This document shows, one piece after another, positions 12,359 through 25,885 of a stretch of DNA of 64,000 bases. Position 1 is the first letter of the stretch; every line of letters begins with the position of its first letter. The stretch is taken from the NCBI RefSeq assembly GCF_964204645.1, contig NC_134027.1:1-64000 (forward strand), in the 5' to 3' direction. A program made the translations under genes and the position numbers. Source of the DNA: Tubulanus polymorphus. Lineage: Eukaryota > Animalia > Nemertea. The notes under the pieces were generated by a model. That model searched no databases and was not told the origin of the DNA. It saw only the letters and a list, made by a program, of their open reading frames with translations.

Positions 12359-15300
12359 CTTATAACACCAAAGTTTCCGGTAGTCGTAAAGATCGGACAC
12401 GCCCACGCCGGTATGGGCAAGGTGAAGGTCGATAATCATCACGATTTTCAGGATATCGCTAGTGTTGTCGCGGTAACGGATTGTTACTCGACAACTGAAC
12501 CGTTTATCGATGGTAAATACGACATTCATATTCAGAAGATCGGCAACCAGTACAAAGCTTTCATGTAAGAATCATATTTTATCTTATCTTCACATCACAT
12601 AGGGATGATTGTACCTCTTATTTATTTCATCATCATCATCCTGGTAACAACCAGCCTCAATCAACAAACAGGCTGATTACATTCTGCTGGTACTCGGGTT
12701 GGCGCAGTGGAGATGGGTTTGAGAGACCGGTTGTAGCTCGAGTCCTGGGGGTGCATTCAGGTGCTTTTGATTGATCAATCAATTTGATTTGATTTGATTT
12801 GATGCTTAAGTGTCCTTTACAAATCCATGACACCTGCCAAGAATGCGGAAACTGGGGTTTGATTTTGAAATCATAAATTGAAGGTATAATATACACTGTG
12901 GTTATTGGTTATATACTGAAGATGTTCCTTACAAATCCACCATAGCTCAAAGTCAACCTTCGGAGAGACAAATACTGTGGACTTTCAATCGTAACTATGT
13001 TATCCATTGGGTAACTTTAACCAGAAGCTCAAAAGTTGGTTAAAATACTGCGGTAACACAATAGACTCTTTCACTGGTTAACTCTCTTTTGAGAAACTGT
13101 TTTATAGAAGGTTTTTACAACGTTGATCCTTTAGTCTATTAGTTGCACCGTGTGACACTAAATCTAAGGTCAAACAAGGACATTCACAACTCGATTACCC
13201 TAATAACATAAACCTATTAGCACTAAATAGCTCATTAATATGGTGCCAATCATATGTAATGATTTCCGTGTTTATAGAACCTCTGTCTCTACAGTTAATG
13301 ACAAGCCACTAATAACTGAATGATTCCAGTTTATAGATATGCATCGATATTACAATGTCATGATAATAGATTTCAATTCTGTTTGAGTTTTACCCGAATG
13401 AAGATCAGGATCTATTTCTACAGTTGTGAGTTAAGAGTTAACTCTGAACTCAGGATCCAGGGCCCAGTTCCACAGTTGTGAGTCAGAGTTAACTCTGAGT
13501 TAAAGTTAGTTCATTTTCAATGAGTTAACTCAGAGTCAAATCTTAACTCGCAACTGTGGAACTGGACCCAGTTCCACAGTTGTGAGTTAGAGTTAACTCT
13601 GAACTCAGGATCCAGTTCCACATTTATGAGTTAGAGTTAACTCTGAACTCAAGATCCAATTCCATAGTTGTGAGTTAGAGTTAACTTTGAACTCAGGATC
13701 CAGTTCCACAGTTGTGAGTTAGTAACTCTTGGTTAAAATTAGTTCATTTTCAATGATTTTAAGTTAGATCCTTAACTCAACCACTGTGAAACCGCGTCCC
13801 AGAAGTGTTAATCATCCGTTGTAGTTTTATCTACATGTAGTTCATGAATTTGATATCTTATTCATTTTAGGAGAAAATCTATCTCAAACAATTGGAAAGC
13901 AAACACAGGATCGGCCATGTTAGAACAGATCGCTATGACCGATAGGTAAATCAGTTGTTATCAGATATCATTACTGTTGATTCTCAGTCTCGATGGTTGA
14001 CTCTCCTGTTAACAGAGCCCGGTTGCACAGTAAAGACTTAGACTTAACACCAGTCTAAGTTCTATAGTCGACAACTAAGACCAGTTTTAAGATTTAAGAC
14101 CACTTTTCGACCTAAGTCTCGACCATGGAAGCAGCACCAGGGGTCGGTTGCATAGTCATGGCTTAGACTTAAGACCAGTCTAAGACCATCTTATTTCTAT
14201 AGCCAATCTAACAACTTAAGACCAGTCTTGAAATTTAAGAGCATTTTTGGACTTAAGTCTCAACTGTGGAACCAGCCCCCTGGAAAAGTAACTGACATCG
14301 TCAATTGTTTATTTTTCTCTAGTGGTTTTAGTGGTTACAGTTTGATGTCGCGTTGTTGTAAATAGTTTTTACTTGTTTGTAATTACAGATACAAACTATG
14401 GGTCGATGAAGTCAGTCAATTATTCGGTGGTTTAGATATCGTAGCAGTTGAAGGTATTCATGGTAAAGATGGCAAGGAGTATATCATTGAGGTAATCAGA
14501 GTTATCTTTGATCCACGTTTCATTCAAGTTTCCTCTGTAAATTGTGTTATAGGATCTTAGTCTCAAAATGTGAACTGATCACTTCATTATTATAGAATCC
14601 CAATTTCTAGATGATGCTCAGCGAGATAAGGCGTGATGCTGTCAGGCATTCACTATCAGTGCTGAATAACAAGCTGGTTCGGTTGTGCTGACTGCTTTAC
14701 ATTGTGCTGGAAACACTTCCATCCATTCTTGACGGGGTTAAATGAACAATCAAACAGGGTTTGTCTTGAGAAACCAAGATCCAAAACGACGTAAAGAAAG
14801 ATTAACAGTCTGGTTCAGTGAGCTTAGCCTGGCAATATGGAATGGCTGTCAGCATTGAGCATGAAATTCATACATAACTTGGCAAATTGAGCACTTTGCA
14901 TTCAGTAACATGAAGTCGTAACATCTAATTAGTTAAGACTGATCTTATTAAGGCAGGTTTTGATTGAACGAATTGTGGTTAAGGAATATCAATTTTGGAT
15001 TATAAACTCTCTACCGGCCGCTTCTATCAGGTTTACAGATTACAAACAATCTACCGGCCGCTTCTATCAGGTTTACAGATTTTGCTATTCCGGAATCGGT
15101 AGAGCGTTTTCTGGTTGAAACGAACTCGTCAGAAGAGAATTCCCAAATTAGTAGAAACCAATATAAACCTATATAAGTTAAACGTGTGGTTTGTATTCAG
15201 GTAAATGATTCATCTATGACGCTGCTGGGTGAAACACAAGAGGAAGATAGAAAACTAATCGCTGAATTAGTAATACAAAGAATGCAACAATACTGTAAAC

Positions 15301-17624
15301 CAGTTACAACAATCAGGTACAGTTTCAGTAACTCGGCAACAAGATTGACGCTCCTAGGACACCGTACTCTGTAGCGGAACATAGTTTAAGATAACCGTAT
15401 ATCTAAATCCTAGGACCACAGCTATCTGAAAAGCATCCTTTGAGCAGATGACCCTAGGACTGTGTGTACCGTACACAAGAGGTCTACTGTCTTACTTTTC
15501 CCTATCTGTGTTCTAACATCCAAGCCAATTTCTATTCAACAGAGTTCATAAACTTCAGTAAATAAACTAATATCTTCTTTTTTCAATGAGCGTAAGGGGG
15601 TCATTCATTTATTACGTACGCATGAAATTTGAATTTTTCAACCCCCCTCCCCCCTGTACGCAAAATCGGCCATTTTTTCATATACATTAAGCATTACAGT
15701 ACGCAATTGCACTGACCCCTCCCCCTCCCCTAATGCGTACGTAATAAATGAATGACCCCTAAGACTTAATCCTTGTGAAACTCTAACGGACATATTTTGA
15801 AAGATTCGCGGCTATAAATAAGTTTTTCTTATTCTCAAAATGCACCCGTCATTTGCAGTAAACATGGACCTAACATATATTGCTTTATTTTCCGTCATTT
15901 ATTACTAAATTTGGTAAGTTCAACAAATGAAATTCAAATTTGTGGTGGTTCAGATCAGCATAATGTACAAGGTGGAGGCCTCTTCACGTAGCCCATTACT
16001 TTATCATAAAAATAAGCTTTTATTGGAATTGATCGGGAACTTTTTTTCACATTTCACATTCAAGTAATATTAGCGATGAGTCAGTCCTGTGGGTAGAACC
16101 GCTGGGTTCTCCAGAACCCGGTTCCCTTCCATCATACTGTCAACGAGGTCTATCACCTGTCAGGATTTTAGAATAATTTTCTTGATGATTTGCAGCAAAA
16201 CGGCGAGTACAGGGGCTTTAATGCATTACGCGGTAAATGGCAAAGATCCAGCCTCAGGGAATACACCTGGCCCGAAGCCTCCTGCGTCTCCTCAAATGCA
16301 GCAGAGACAAAATCAACAGGACGCGTAAGAATTTTATACAAATTTACAATTAAGAGGGGTATTGATTTTGAGTGTCTCTAGTAAGGTATATGTGGTGTGT
16401 GTATGACAGCGAGAATGAGTGAATGTGGTGTGAGGGATTTTAGACTATTGTCTATTTCGAATTGAGCACATCAGGTGGTGGCCTAGCTCGAATTGAGCAC
16501 ATCAGGTGGTGGCCTAGCTCGAATTGAGCACATCAGGTGGTGGCCTAGCTTGAATTGAGTACATCAGGTGGTGGCCTAGCTCGAATTGAGCACATCAAGT
16601 GGTGGCCTAGCTCGAATTGAGTACATCAGGTGGTGGCCTAGCTCGAATTGAGTACATCAGGTGGTGGCCTAGCTTGAATTGAGTACATCAGGTGGTGGCC
16701 TAGCTCGAATTGAGCACATCAGGTGGTGGCCTAGCTCGAATTGAGTACATCAGGTGGTGGCCTAGCTCGAATTGAGTACATCAGGTGGTGGCCTAGCTTG
16801 AATTGAGCACATCAGGTGGTGGCCTAGCTCGAATTGAGCACATCAGGTGGTGGCCTAGCTCGAATTGAGTACATCAGGTGGTGGCCTAGCTCGAATTGAG
16901 TACATCAGGTGGTGGCCTAGCTTGAATTGAGCACATCAGGTGGTGGCCTAGCTCGAATTGAGCACATCAGGTGGCCTAGCTCGGTACATACCTGATAAAA
17001 GTCTTATTAGGACCAGAAAGCACTGACAGTCGACCTAGAACATTGCATTTCAAACTGCATGACTCATGGCTTAGACTTAGCACCAGTCTAAGACCAACAT
17101 AGTTCTATAGCCAATCTAACAACTTAAGACCAGTCTTAAGATTTAAGATAGCTTTTGGACTTAAGTCATGACTGTGCAACTAGCCCCTGGGGCTGGTTCC
17201 ATAGTCGAGACTTAAAAAGTGGTCTTAAACCTTAAGACGGGTCTAAAGTTGTTAGATTGGCTATAGAACTAAGTTTGTCTTAATTAGACTGGTCTTAAGT
17301 CTAAGCCCTGTCTATGGAACCGGTCCCTGGGGATTATCGATATTGATCAATATTGATATACAAAATATTGCTATTTACAGCCAGCGTCAAATGAATGCAA
17401 TGGGACACTCGGGTCAGCATCCGCAACAACAACAGCCACAACAACAACAACCAATGCCGCTTCCTCAACAATCACAACGACCAGTAGCGCCACCGCAACC
17501 ATCTCAACAACAAACCCATTCGAGACCTCCGATGCCGACGACGACCGAACAGCAACAACCAGCAACAGACGACACGATGAGAAATCTACGTAAAACTTTT
17601 GCCGGAATTTTTGGCGACATGTAA
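12359..17624 (+). CDS. Syn: Synapsin, 3' portion (domain C second half, P/Q-rich region, domain E)
   Basis: Exons 12359-12564 ([29 protein letters not shown]), 13871-13945 ([24 protein letters not shown]), 14389-14491 ([24 protein letters not shown]), 15201-15316 ([24 protein letters not shown]), 16196-16324 and 17381-17624 (..[17 protein letters not shown]). All GT-AG with consistent phases; no upstream exons found in the window. Confidence 0.96.
13420..13800. mobile_element. Cluster of MITE-derived repeats (ccagttccacagttgtgagttagagttaactc)
   Basis: Inverted pair ggcccagttccacagttg ... caactgtggaactggaccc with tandemised arms; related sequence at 19505-19760 and 34590-34830. Confidence 0.65.
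15594..15762. mobile_element. ~165-bp MITE with long TIR (ggggtcattcatttattacgtacgcat)
   Basis: Long TIRs with TAA-like flanks (PIF/Harbinger-like, inferred); second copy at 17704-17865. Confidence 0.8.
16457..16983. repeat. 31-bp minisatellite (ctcgaattgagcacatcaggtggtggcctag)n, about 17 copies
   Basis: Head-to-tail repeat with no spacers, in the last synapsin intron. Confidence 0.95.
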
Positions 17625-17703
17625 ATTATCGACACTAAATGACCTTGACCTATGCAGCAGTGCGACAGTTTTGTTTTTTGAGGTAGAGACAGTTTATTCA
17701 CAT

Positions 17704-17865
17704 GGGGACCATTCGTTTATTATGTACGCATAAAATTTGAATTTTTCAACCCCCCCTCCCCCTCTGTACGCAAAATCTGCCATTTTTTTATTAAGCATTA
17801 CAGTACACAACTGCACTGACCCCTCCCCCTCCCCTAATGCGTACGTAATAAATGAATGATCCCTT
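17704..17865. mobile_element. MITE copy in the synapsin 3' UTR
   Basis: Near-identical to 15594-15762. Confidence 0.8.
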
Positions 17866-18200
17866 ATCTATGTTCTAATTCTATGTGTAAAAACTTCAAT
17901 CTATGCACTAACATTTGTAAAATGATGATAATTATTTTCTATTTTTCAGATGAAAAGAGATGGTTGTATTTCTACAAGTGTCGTCTGCATCTATAGATAA
18001 CTAAAACCTCTAGAGAATGAATAAATTAGACAAGAGAAAGATATAACGTATATAAATATATATGTGTATCGTTAAGACTGTTCCAATATGCCAAAAATCC
18101 ATTAATTAAGAATGAACTAATTAATAACAAGTATTTATTAATGATTATGTCTATGTCAATGTGTAATTATAAATACCGTATTCATAGATTAGGTATATCA

Positions 18201-18243
<43 letters not shown>

Positions 18244-19504
18244 TTGATAATTATAATGATAATATAAGTAATGATAGTAATAGTTAGATAGTTCTCATTC
18301 ATTCATATAAATATAAATAAATGTGATTTCATCTTCATCAATTCAATTCACGGCATGAAATATGTTTCATCATGAAAATGAAATATTGACGTGTAAAATT
18401 AATGATTTTTATATAAATCACAATGCAGTGTATATTGCGTGCTGTGATGTATTTTAGCTTGTATTTCAATTGCTTGTTCGCCTCTCAAACAATACCTTCG
18501 TCGGGAGGCATAAAATTATTTTCATATGATGTATAAATATAACACGTATAGCCTCGATGGCGATACAGTAAACAAACCTCCGGTTAATGAGTGAGTAGGA
18601 AGTTCATTCTTCCTCAGCATGGGTTCGTTGATTTATTTGGTAGGGAAGCCATCTTTTGACATATTATATCTAAAGGACTGATGGATTAAATCGAGGTTTA
18701 GAATCTGATGACATCGAGATTCTATCTTGGCGAGAATCCCTGCGTCGGAATATACTGTGTAGGGATGACAATTTACTGGTATGTAAGCTGCACTACTATA
18801 TGTGCACTGAGTCTAGGTTTTCTGGCAAAGTCTTGATGTCATCGGGTTCAAATCCCTGCTGAAGGAGAATGAGAACGTTGGGCTTGAGATTTTGATATTT
18901 TGCTTGTTGTAATAATACTCACCACCAAGATATTGAGTTTCCGAACAATTTCTAGAAAAAGTATGAAAGATTGATATCTTTGAGTAGAAAAGGGGTTTAG
19001 GTAAAAAGACCTGTTAGAGTGATTAATATCTTTGAAGGTTTAAGACACATATCAAGTATCGTACTTGAAAATGTAATCATGATTATTTGCCTGAAATCTG
19101 ATAAAACCTAACTCAACAACACTTTTGAAATGTGTAAGACGGATCAGAGAAAAAATTAATTATCCAAACTCGTACAGACTTTGATCTTTAGTTATATATG
19201 AACATGCTTCTCATTATTATAAAGAAATCCTATCTAATGTATATCTCTCTCTCTATGATAAATCTCTTATAAACAAGTGTAATAATGAATGTGGTATCTA
19301 TACTCTAAATTATCAATTATATGTCTGTGTATTGATCATATTCTCTGTATATGATGTAAATGGGGCAGAATTGAAGATATATCATAATTTAGGCCGATTG
19401 GTGCAATATTTGATGTGATAATGTATTTAAGAATTGTTAGGATACTGTATTTGTGTGAATTTTAGTCATTGCCTTACTGGAACTAGAATGAAATGGACGA
19501 TTGA

Positions 19505-19760
19505 ACCCACACAACTGTGAAACTGAATCCAAAGTCAAATTAGACCCACACAACTGTGGAACTGGATCCAGAGTCAAATTAGACCCACACAACTGTGAAA
19601 CTGAATCCAGAGTCAAATTAGACCCACAGAACTGTGGAACTGGATCCAGAGTCAAATTAAACCCACACAACTGTGAAACTGAATCCAGAGTCAAATTAGA
19701 CCCACACAACTGTGGAACTGGGTCTGAAGAACCCACCCAACTGTGGAACTGGGTCCGAAG
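19505..19760. repeat. 39-bp tandem repeat derived from a MITE arm
   Basis: acccacacaactgtg(g/a)aactg(g/a)atccagagtcaaattag repeated about 6 times. Confidence 0.85.
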
Positions 19761-21924
19761 AATCCACCCAACTTTGTTTTGCCTTCACATTAGACTGTAG
19801 ATTGTAGTATATTAGCAAGCATTCTGAACAAGCATTTCAAACATTCCCACCTATGTACGTATCATACACGTCTAGTCAGTTCATCAAATTGTGATATTTT
19901 AGTTTTTGTTCAATAGTTATGATAATGTTATTGTAGTTACAATGATGATTATTTATTAGAATTTTATACCAGAAAGTTTTTATTTAGTGTTATATGATTT
20001 GGTTGGTTTGTTTTTTTTTCACCGAGTCTCAGTCTTTAGTCAGCAGGAAATATATTCGATGTCTTTCACAAGTCTGTTTTGTTATTTATGTCTAAACGGT
20101 TTATAAAGAAACAGGTCCGAGCTGAGTTACCTCAGATCTCGCGGGACCGATAGATTCCTCCGAGATATGGGAACTCCAGGGCAGTTGGAGCAGGTTATCG
20201 CAATGAATTGGAGCAAGAAAATGTGTTATGGCTGGGTGGAGCATGGGATAATTGGGAGGCAATCTAGGAACACTTGGGATGCTTCTGCACATGGGCTCAG
20301 TGAATTCTGAAGTCAAAACTTGATTGGTAGTTTTAAAACTAAGAGATTAACTTTATCAGTGTCCAGGCTCATTTTGGCTGTGTTATCGGACGAGCAGCTT
20401 TAAACACAAGGGCTGGGTTTCATAGAGGTGGAAGGAAGATAGTCCCTGGGAACATTTTGAAATTTGTCAGTTATAACCATGGTTTCTCATTGTTAGTATG
20501 GTGGTTGAGGATTGAGGATTTACCCCTAGGGATAACTTTGATACTCAGTCAATGAAACCTGGCCCTGGAGTTGGTGATAATGAAAAATAGAGTGTACGAA
20601 TGGTTTCTTCTTGAGCCAGTAGTTCATCTAACATCGTAATCTTATAGTCATCTTCAGGAAACTTTTCAGACTCTTATTTCTCATTATGTATAGGATTTTA
20701 TAAACTGGTTAGGACCGGACACTGAGTGAAGAAAATGTTTAATGATTCTGTTATTGTAGAATCGATTTGTTATTTTAAAATCTTGTTGCTAGTCGTTATA
20801 CAAAGATTGCCTTCCACCACAACAACAATAATACAATTGATGCATTCTTAATTAGGATAGATATAAATGAAATTAGTTTAAAACAGCAATGATGTATATT
20901 CCTGTATATAAATACTGATAATAATAGTAGTAATTATAATTTATTGATTATATGATATGTAAATGATGTGATGATGTTCTGCAATTGGGTACAAAAATAG
21001 AAATCTAGATAAAAATCTATGATGAATGTTTGTTTGACCTTAAACTTGGGGTAAAATTCCACTTAACAAAGCAAAAATAGATCCACCAAATATTTGTGAA
21101 TATTTTCTTCGAGATTTAAATAGTGTCATTTAGAACTTTCTGGTCCAGTTGTTCTAGAGGTCTGTTTAATTTACACCTACTGTTATAGTTCAACCGTGGA
21201 CTCTAAAGCGATTTAGAGTGCAAGTTTCAACCTTGGCCAATTTGCAGTCATCCGTGGAACTGGGTCCTGTCGTTCTTATGCGCATAAAGGCAAGGTTTTT
21301 CTGAATCGCTGCACATCTCAAACAGTCATCAAAATGATAATCTTTATGTAGTGATAATCATGAACATCCTCCGCGAGGATTGACTGAACTGTACCGTTGA
21401 ATTTACATAACGTTCATCTTCAAAAATTCATAAGTCTCTCAGTTGATTGATTAGCCAGTGTTAAACTGGCTGATCAATCAACTGAGATTTAAGCTTAGAT
21501 TTAAGCCATGATTGTGCAATTGTCCTCGGGTTTAAGTATTACTAGTCTGTATAACCATAGCCTGTTACATTCAGTGTATAGAGAAACAACTTGAAATTCA
21601 ATGTGATCAATGAAACTAATTTAGTAGAACCTGTATATTGTGTATGTAATTATGTGGGTCACATCTCTATCATCGCTACATCTACAAGATGTCCACTGAA
21701 TTCATGGACAAATTAACAATAAATTAACAACTGGGAAATAACGAAAGTTTGAGATGTTTATTTTTCGATTTTTGTTTGGAATGTTAGGAGTGGTTACTGA
21801 ATGGTGACTCAATCTGCTAATGACATCCGGAGATATACTGTTAAATTCTGCCTAAATTCTAAAATAGATAGATTGTTAGGATGTAAAATATGCTCCAGAT
21901 GGGCATTAAGCCAATCTGTTGATA

Positions 21925-22540
21925 CCAATTCAGAGTGGTCCTGATGCTGGCCTCAAAGAGGGGTCCCAGGATCGAACCCATTGTCCGGATGCTGTATGGA
22001 GGATGTACAGGGGGTGTTCAGGGTTCGAACCCAGTAATTACTGATACTGATTCAGTGTGGTCCTCATACTGAATAGAGGATGTGCAGGGGTGTCCTGACC
22101 GTACGGTGCTGCCGCTATGCTCATCGTTAGCGGGATTTCCATACACTAACTGAAGTCAACTCTGGCAATCGTCGTGCTGTCCAGTTATACTCCGTAACCC
22201 TAGCTTGCCAGAGTTGACTAACGTTAATGTATGAAAATCCCGCTACCGATGAGCATAGAGGCAGCACCGTACGGTGAAATGTTGATATCTTAATAAAGGA
22301 TGAACAGGGGTGTCCAGGGTTCGAATCAAGTAATTACTGACACTGATTCAGAGTGGTCCTGATGCTGAATAAAGGATGTACAGGGGTGTCCCGAGTTCGA
22401 ATCCAGTAATTACTGACACTGATTCAGAGTGGTCCTCATACTGAATAGAGGATGTACAGGGGTGTCCCGGGCTCGAACTCAGTCTATTGGTACTGATAAT
22501 GCAGGATAGACGATAAACAGAGGTGTCCCGAGTTCGAGGC
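21925..22540 (+). repeat. Short array of tRNA-like 76-bp units with one embedded hairpin element (22098-22275)
   Basis: Same unit as the 41490-44250 array, with B-box ggttcgaaccc. Confidence 0.8.
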
Positions 22541-23090
22541 CGATTCTGTTTAGTTAAGCGTATTTGGCTTCCCAAATTAGGCCATTTCTTGTTTTTGGAA
22601 TTTCGAAAATGATCAGTGACGTCATCATTAATTTGTGTAAGGAAAAAAATCCATCCATCGTTAAAGCGAGCTGTTTATCTCGAGGTTGCTGATTTCTAAG
22701 AAAAATTTCAATATTTCAACAAATCGTTGCACTTTAAGGGACAATTTTTCATATTTATTTCAGGAGGCTGTGATTCGATAAAAAGTAAGGGGATGGGTTT
22801 TTAGAATTGTAATTAGCGAGACTAATTCCATTTCAGTAGGCGTGAAACAGTGTCAGATAGGACAAATCGAAACATTCCAACGTTTATGGATGAGTTGTTT
22901 TGTTTACTGCTGCTCAACTCAGGTTGCTATAAACACTGCTCGGTTACCGGTCTATAAACAACTGCAAATTCAAGCTTTGCGAAAAACTTTTTAATTGGAC
23001 CATGTCTAATCCTTTTAGTGTGGACGAAATCTTGCCCGATATTGTCCGCGGCACATCCAGAATTGTTTATAACGACGGATCTGTTATGGG

Positions 23091-23175
23091 CTATATAAAT
23101 AGGTTCACCGGGCTAGAGGGTCATAATCAGTAACAACTCGATACAAACAGACGTTTAAAACAGGATCTTAAAGGT
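23091..23175 (+). promoter_or_regulatory. TATA box, Inr and short non-coding first exon of the MS4A-like gene
   Basis: CTATATAAAT at 23091, TCAGT Inr-like motif about 35 nt downstream, donor-like AAG|GTCGGT near 23173, and acceptor tttcag immediately before ATG 23445. Confidence 0.5.
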
Positions 23176-23444
23176 CGGTAAAACATTTCTATCAATTATC
23201 ATTGTGATTTATATATCATTTTATATTCAATATTAAATTGTATCTATTCGGCTGAAATGGTTTTTAATTCGATATTTTCTTGATGAAAAATGTCTCTGGA
23301 TAGATTATCTGGCCCATAAAATATTTTTGGATGTGTTGAATTTTTCGAAACAATTATTTTCAATCTTAAACGAAAGTTGTTATCAAATTATTCATTCAAA
23401 TCCCTGCTCTTAATAACTTGATTCATTGTATGTATTTATTTCAG

Positions 23445-23993
23445 ATGTCCGTGCAACCAATTGAAATTGAAGGTCATTACGATGCCACCAAATCAGGTGG
23501 TCAGACGGTCATCATCGTACAACAACAAGGACAAGAACCGAAGGAGGTAAAAAGAGGCTCGGTGCTAGCGTGCGGTGTGATAAACGTATTATGCGGTGCT
23601 GTAGTGCTCATCGTCAATATCGCTGAACTCGCCGCCTTCAGTCACGGAGGAGCTTTCACTGGACTGTGGGGAGGTATATTCTTGCTGATCGCCGGTATCC
23701 TAGGTTGTACGGTCGGGGCGCAGTGTGGTGGATGCGGACCTGGAGCCGTCACTGGCACGTTGGTTATGTCGATCTTCGCGGCGATTATCGCACCTATTGC
23801 CGTCATAGTCGCCGGAATCGACGCGGGCGCCATTACGATAATGATCGCGCTCGGTTCCAATAATCTGTCGACGATTTACGCGACGGCTATAGTTAAAGTC
23901 GTGCTATTCTTAGTTGGATTTATTGTGTCGATTTGTGAGGCGTCGTTCTGTTGCAGCTGCTGTTACAGACCAGTTCAACCTTCTGATAAATAG
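23445..23993 (+). CDS. Four-transmembrane protein, MS4A/CD20-like (182 aa)
   Basis: Four hydrophobic segments, GLWGGIFLLIAGILG motif typical of CD20-family TM2, and a C-terminal SFCCSCC cysteine cluster. AATAAA at about 24200 and 24219. Confidence 0.8.
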   Translation: MSVQPIEIEGHYDATKSGGQTVIIVQQQGQEPKEVKRGSVLACGVINVLCGAVVLIVNIAELAAFSHGGAFTGLWGGIFLLIAGILGCTVGAQCGGCGPGAVTGTLVMSIFAAIIAPIAVIVAGIDAGAITIMIALGSNNLSTIYATAIVKVVLFLVGFIVSICEASFCCSCCYRPVQPSDK

Positions 23994-25354
23994 ATCATAA
24001 CCGAAGACTGACATCATATACCAACTCGTCACTGCATATGTGATTAAAATATCGGTGATTTCCAAATCTGTTTTTATTTGTTAATACGATTTCTGCTATA
24101 TTTATTTGCTATCTAAAGGTATTTATAAAGAAACGCAAAAATACTGATCAGCTGAAATCCTTTAATTTGTATCCATGTTATAGAGATATCCGGCACTTGA
24201 ATAAAATATTATTTTTATTAATAAAAACCCGATTGTTCTTATTTAATTACAATTTCATTCGAAATATCCGCAAATTCGGCGTTATAATGCCATATATATC
24301 ATTGGTCCCAACCGAAATATAAAATGATGCAGCATCCAAAGCACCCCCTGGACCTGCGCCTGGAAATATTGGGTTGAAAAAGTGGTGGATTGCAAGTTAA
24401 TAATAAACCACTGACTGGTGAACTAACAAAGTTTTGAGTGGCGTGGTGTTGGAAGTGCAGCGGCCAAAGCCGCGGCAATGATTTACTGAATGACATTTTT
24501 TCTTTGCATACCACGTTTTTGACGAAATAAGTTAATTCGAATTAACTTATTTCGTCCAAATACCGATTTTTGACAGGTTCTAAATTCGCAGCAATCAAAA
24601 ATTGCTCCGACGCGCCTACAAAAAACTAAACAAATAAAGAAGTTCAAAGAATTATATTTACAACACTTATACATAATGCCAGGTGTGCTCGAGGAATTAT
24701 AATGTAAGATCCCCAAACACGTGGACTGATTTCAAAAACAATCCAATCATGGACGTATAAACTATAAACTAGAAATTACGTCCATGGTCAAACCATTTAA
24801 ACAGAAACGTCTATTTTATTCTCATGACAAAAACTAAAACTCGCTAAATGACAGGTTTGTACTCGAGGTATATAATCGCATAAGTTCCTTGTTAACAAGT
24901 GAACAGTATTTTAAAAACAGCTAAAAATAAAAGCATTCAAACTAGAGACAAATCCTACAAAGTCATCCCACAAAGCTTAGTATTCACTTAACGTTTTATA
25001 TTTCATTTTCGTTAACATCATTTTTACTAGAAAACTAGAATTTCGCTGCACCTTGTCTTAACTCAAGACATTATCGAACATTATCAGTTCACTCATTTAA
25101 TAAAATGTTATTACAGGGAAAACATGACAATAACATCGATAACTAATCACGTTTATAGCTGTTTAACATTCTTTCTACAAAAGATTAAAATGTATCTCCC
25201 AGATATTATCCCTAAAAGAATTAACAGTTACAGCAGTGATAGGGTGTGATATATAGGTAAAAGGACGCGTGATCTTTCATCAGTTATTTGAAGCATTCTA
25301 TCGAATCAGATATTTGTGTTTGATTTAGTTTAGGTATTTAGTTTAGATATGCAT

Positions 25355-25885
25355 CGTCTCTGCTCCTGAATAAGTGTTTATAAGATACACATTGTCTCTG
25401 CTGCTCCTGAATAAGTGTTTATAAGATACACATTGTCTCTGCTGCTCCTGAATAAGTGTTTATAAGATACGCAATGTCTCTGTTGCTCCTGAATAACTGT
25501 ACATAATATACACTATTGTCTCAGCTGCTCGTGATCAAGATTTCGGATATCTATATTACAAGGTTAACTTTTTTTCTGCCTAATTTAATACATTAAGATT
25601 TTGGAAATCTATATTACAAGGTTAACATTTTTTTCTGCCTAATTCATTACATCGAGATTTTGGAAATCTAAATTACAAGATAAACTTTTTTTTCTGCCTA
25701 ATTTAATACATTACGATTTTGGATACAAGATTAACTTTTTTTTCTGCCCAATTTAATACATTAAGATTTTGGATATCTATATTACAAGATAAACTTTTTC
25801 TCTGCCTAATTTAATACATTAAGATTTTGGATATCTATATTACAAGATTAACTTTTTGTCTGCCTAATTTAATACATTAAGATGA
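25355..25885. repeat. Two adjacent short tandem arrays (~44-bp and ~62-bp units)
   Basis: gtctctgctgctcctgaataagtgtttataagatacacatt about 4 times, then ctgcctaatttaatacattaagattttggatatctatattacaag about 5 times. Confidence 0.8.

Noticed and set aside
16457-16983. 31-bp and 37-bp repeats (also 33752-34262) of CRISPR-like length
   Set aside because: Head-to-tail with no unique spacers, in eukaryotic introns, and no cas genes.
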